Source: Candidatus Iainarchaeum sp. (lineage in GTDB: Archaea; Iainarchaeota; Iainarchaeia; Iainarchaeales; Iainarchaeaceae). From it: a stretch of DNA of 64,000 bases. This document shows positions 63,517 to 64,000 of the stretch, piece by piece; the stretch's first letter is position 1; each line of letters starts with the position of its first letter. The notes under the pieces were generated by a model, which saw nothing but the letters and a program-made list of their open reading frames with translations, was not told where the DNA came from and did no database searches. Where the stretch lies: the NCBI GenBank assembly GCA_043812975.1, contig JBDRLP010000027.1:52111-116110 (forward strand), read 5' to 3'. The translations under genes and the position numbers were made by a program.

Positions 63517-63872
63517 ATCACATTCAATTGTTCCTGGTTTCCTTTATTATCAAAAGCCTTGATTGTATTTAAATCGTAAGGGTAACTTATGATGATGTGA
63601 ATTTTTCCGAATTTTCTGAATGCATCAACATCTGCTTTTGAAGGCTGATTATAAACTGAAGGATGGCTATGAATAGTTCCGATGATTTTATTATCAAAAG
63701 GAATTAAATCAGCTCTGAAGCTTGAAAAGTTTTTTCCATAAGTAGCCGGAATAATAACCAGTTCTTCAATAAGCAGGTTTGTTCCGCCAAGCATTGAAAA
63801 GAATTCATCAGGATAAACATTCTTTGCCGCGATTATTATTGATTCAATAACTTCTTTTTTTATTTTGAACAT
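63513..63872 (-). CDS. JAB1/MPN (JAMM) metalloprotease domain protein
   Basis: GTIHSHPSVYNQPSKADVD: HxHx7Sx2D JAMM motif. Confidence 0.75.
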   Translation of the reverse strand: MFKIKKEVIESIIIAAKNVYPDEFFSMLGGTNLLIEELVIIPATYGKNFSSFRADLIPFDNKIIGTIHSHPSVYNQPSKADVDAFRKFGKIHIIISYPYDLNTIKAFDNKGNQEQLNVI

Positions 63873-64000
63873 AAGTAGATTTCTTTTTTGTTATTTAAAA
63901 ACTAATTCCAAGATAAAAAAGCATTGTCGGAACCATGAGAAAAGACATTGCCAAGCCTCTTTTTACTTTGCTTGCCAAACCAAACAAAGACACTCCTGCA

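Noticed and set aside
1-64000. CRISPR array search
   Set aside because: No run of regularly spaced identical 25-40-bp repeats was seen. The repeated sequences present are gene-duplication blocks, att-like duplications or the dispersed structured-element family.

Overview
AT-rich (roughly 32% GC) archaeal window with the gene content and very short, often overlapping genes typical of a reduced-genome DPANN-like archaeon (Nanoarchaeota/Woesearchaeota-like). Most of the window is housekeeping: the conserved archaeal S19e-PDCD5-L39e-L31e-aIF6-LX-prefoldin alpha-FtsY cluster next to SRP54, plus RPA, GGGP synthase, RibD, DnaG, Hjc, Pth2, AlaX, CCA enzyme, Taw3, Elp3, a divergent Pelota/ABCE1 pair, NurA, an intein-containing HerA, Rad50, RpoK, S17e, EF-1beta and four tRNAs (one with an intron). 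The less ordinary content is: (1) a dispersed type IV pilus-like adhesion system, comprising a prepilin peptidase, a FlaI/PilB-like ATPase, an operon of four minor pilin-like genes, and three tandem pilin genes that share a near-identical promoter and class III signal-peptide N-terminus but carry three different lectin/CBM-like C-terminal domains; (2) a family of five roughly 65-nt GC-rich two-hairpin intergenic elements, all in the same orientation, with compensatory base changes in the second stem, whose 3' tail is related to a TTCGCACCGGCAA motif placed upstream of promoters of NurA and two other operons; (3) a roughly 730-bp insertion flanked by 49-bp direct repeats that duplicate the 3' end of ftsY; (4) a short duplicated tRNA-Val 3' end, i.e. 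an att-like scar; and (5) a type II toxin-antitoxin pair, a GC-anomalous methyltransferase, a membrane-anchored PD-(D/E)xK nuclease and a retropepsin-like protease. No CRISPR array was seen.
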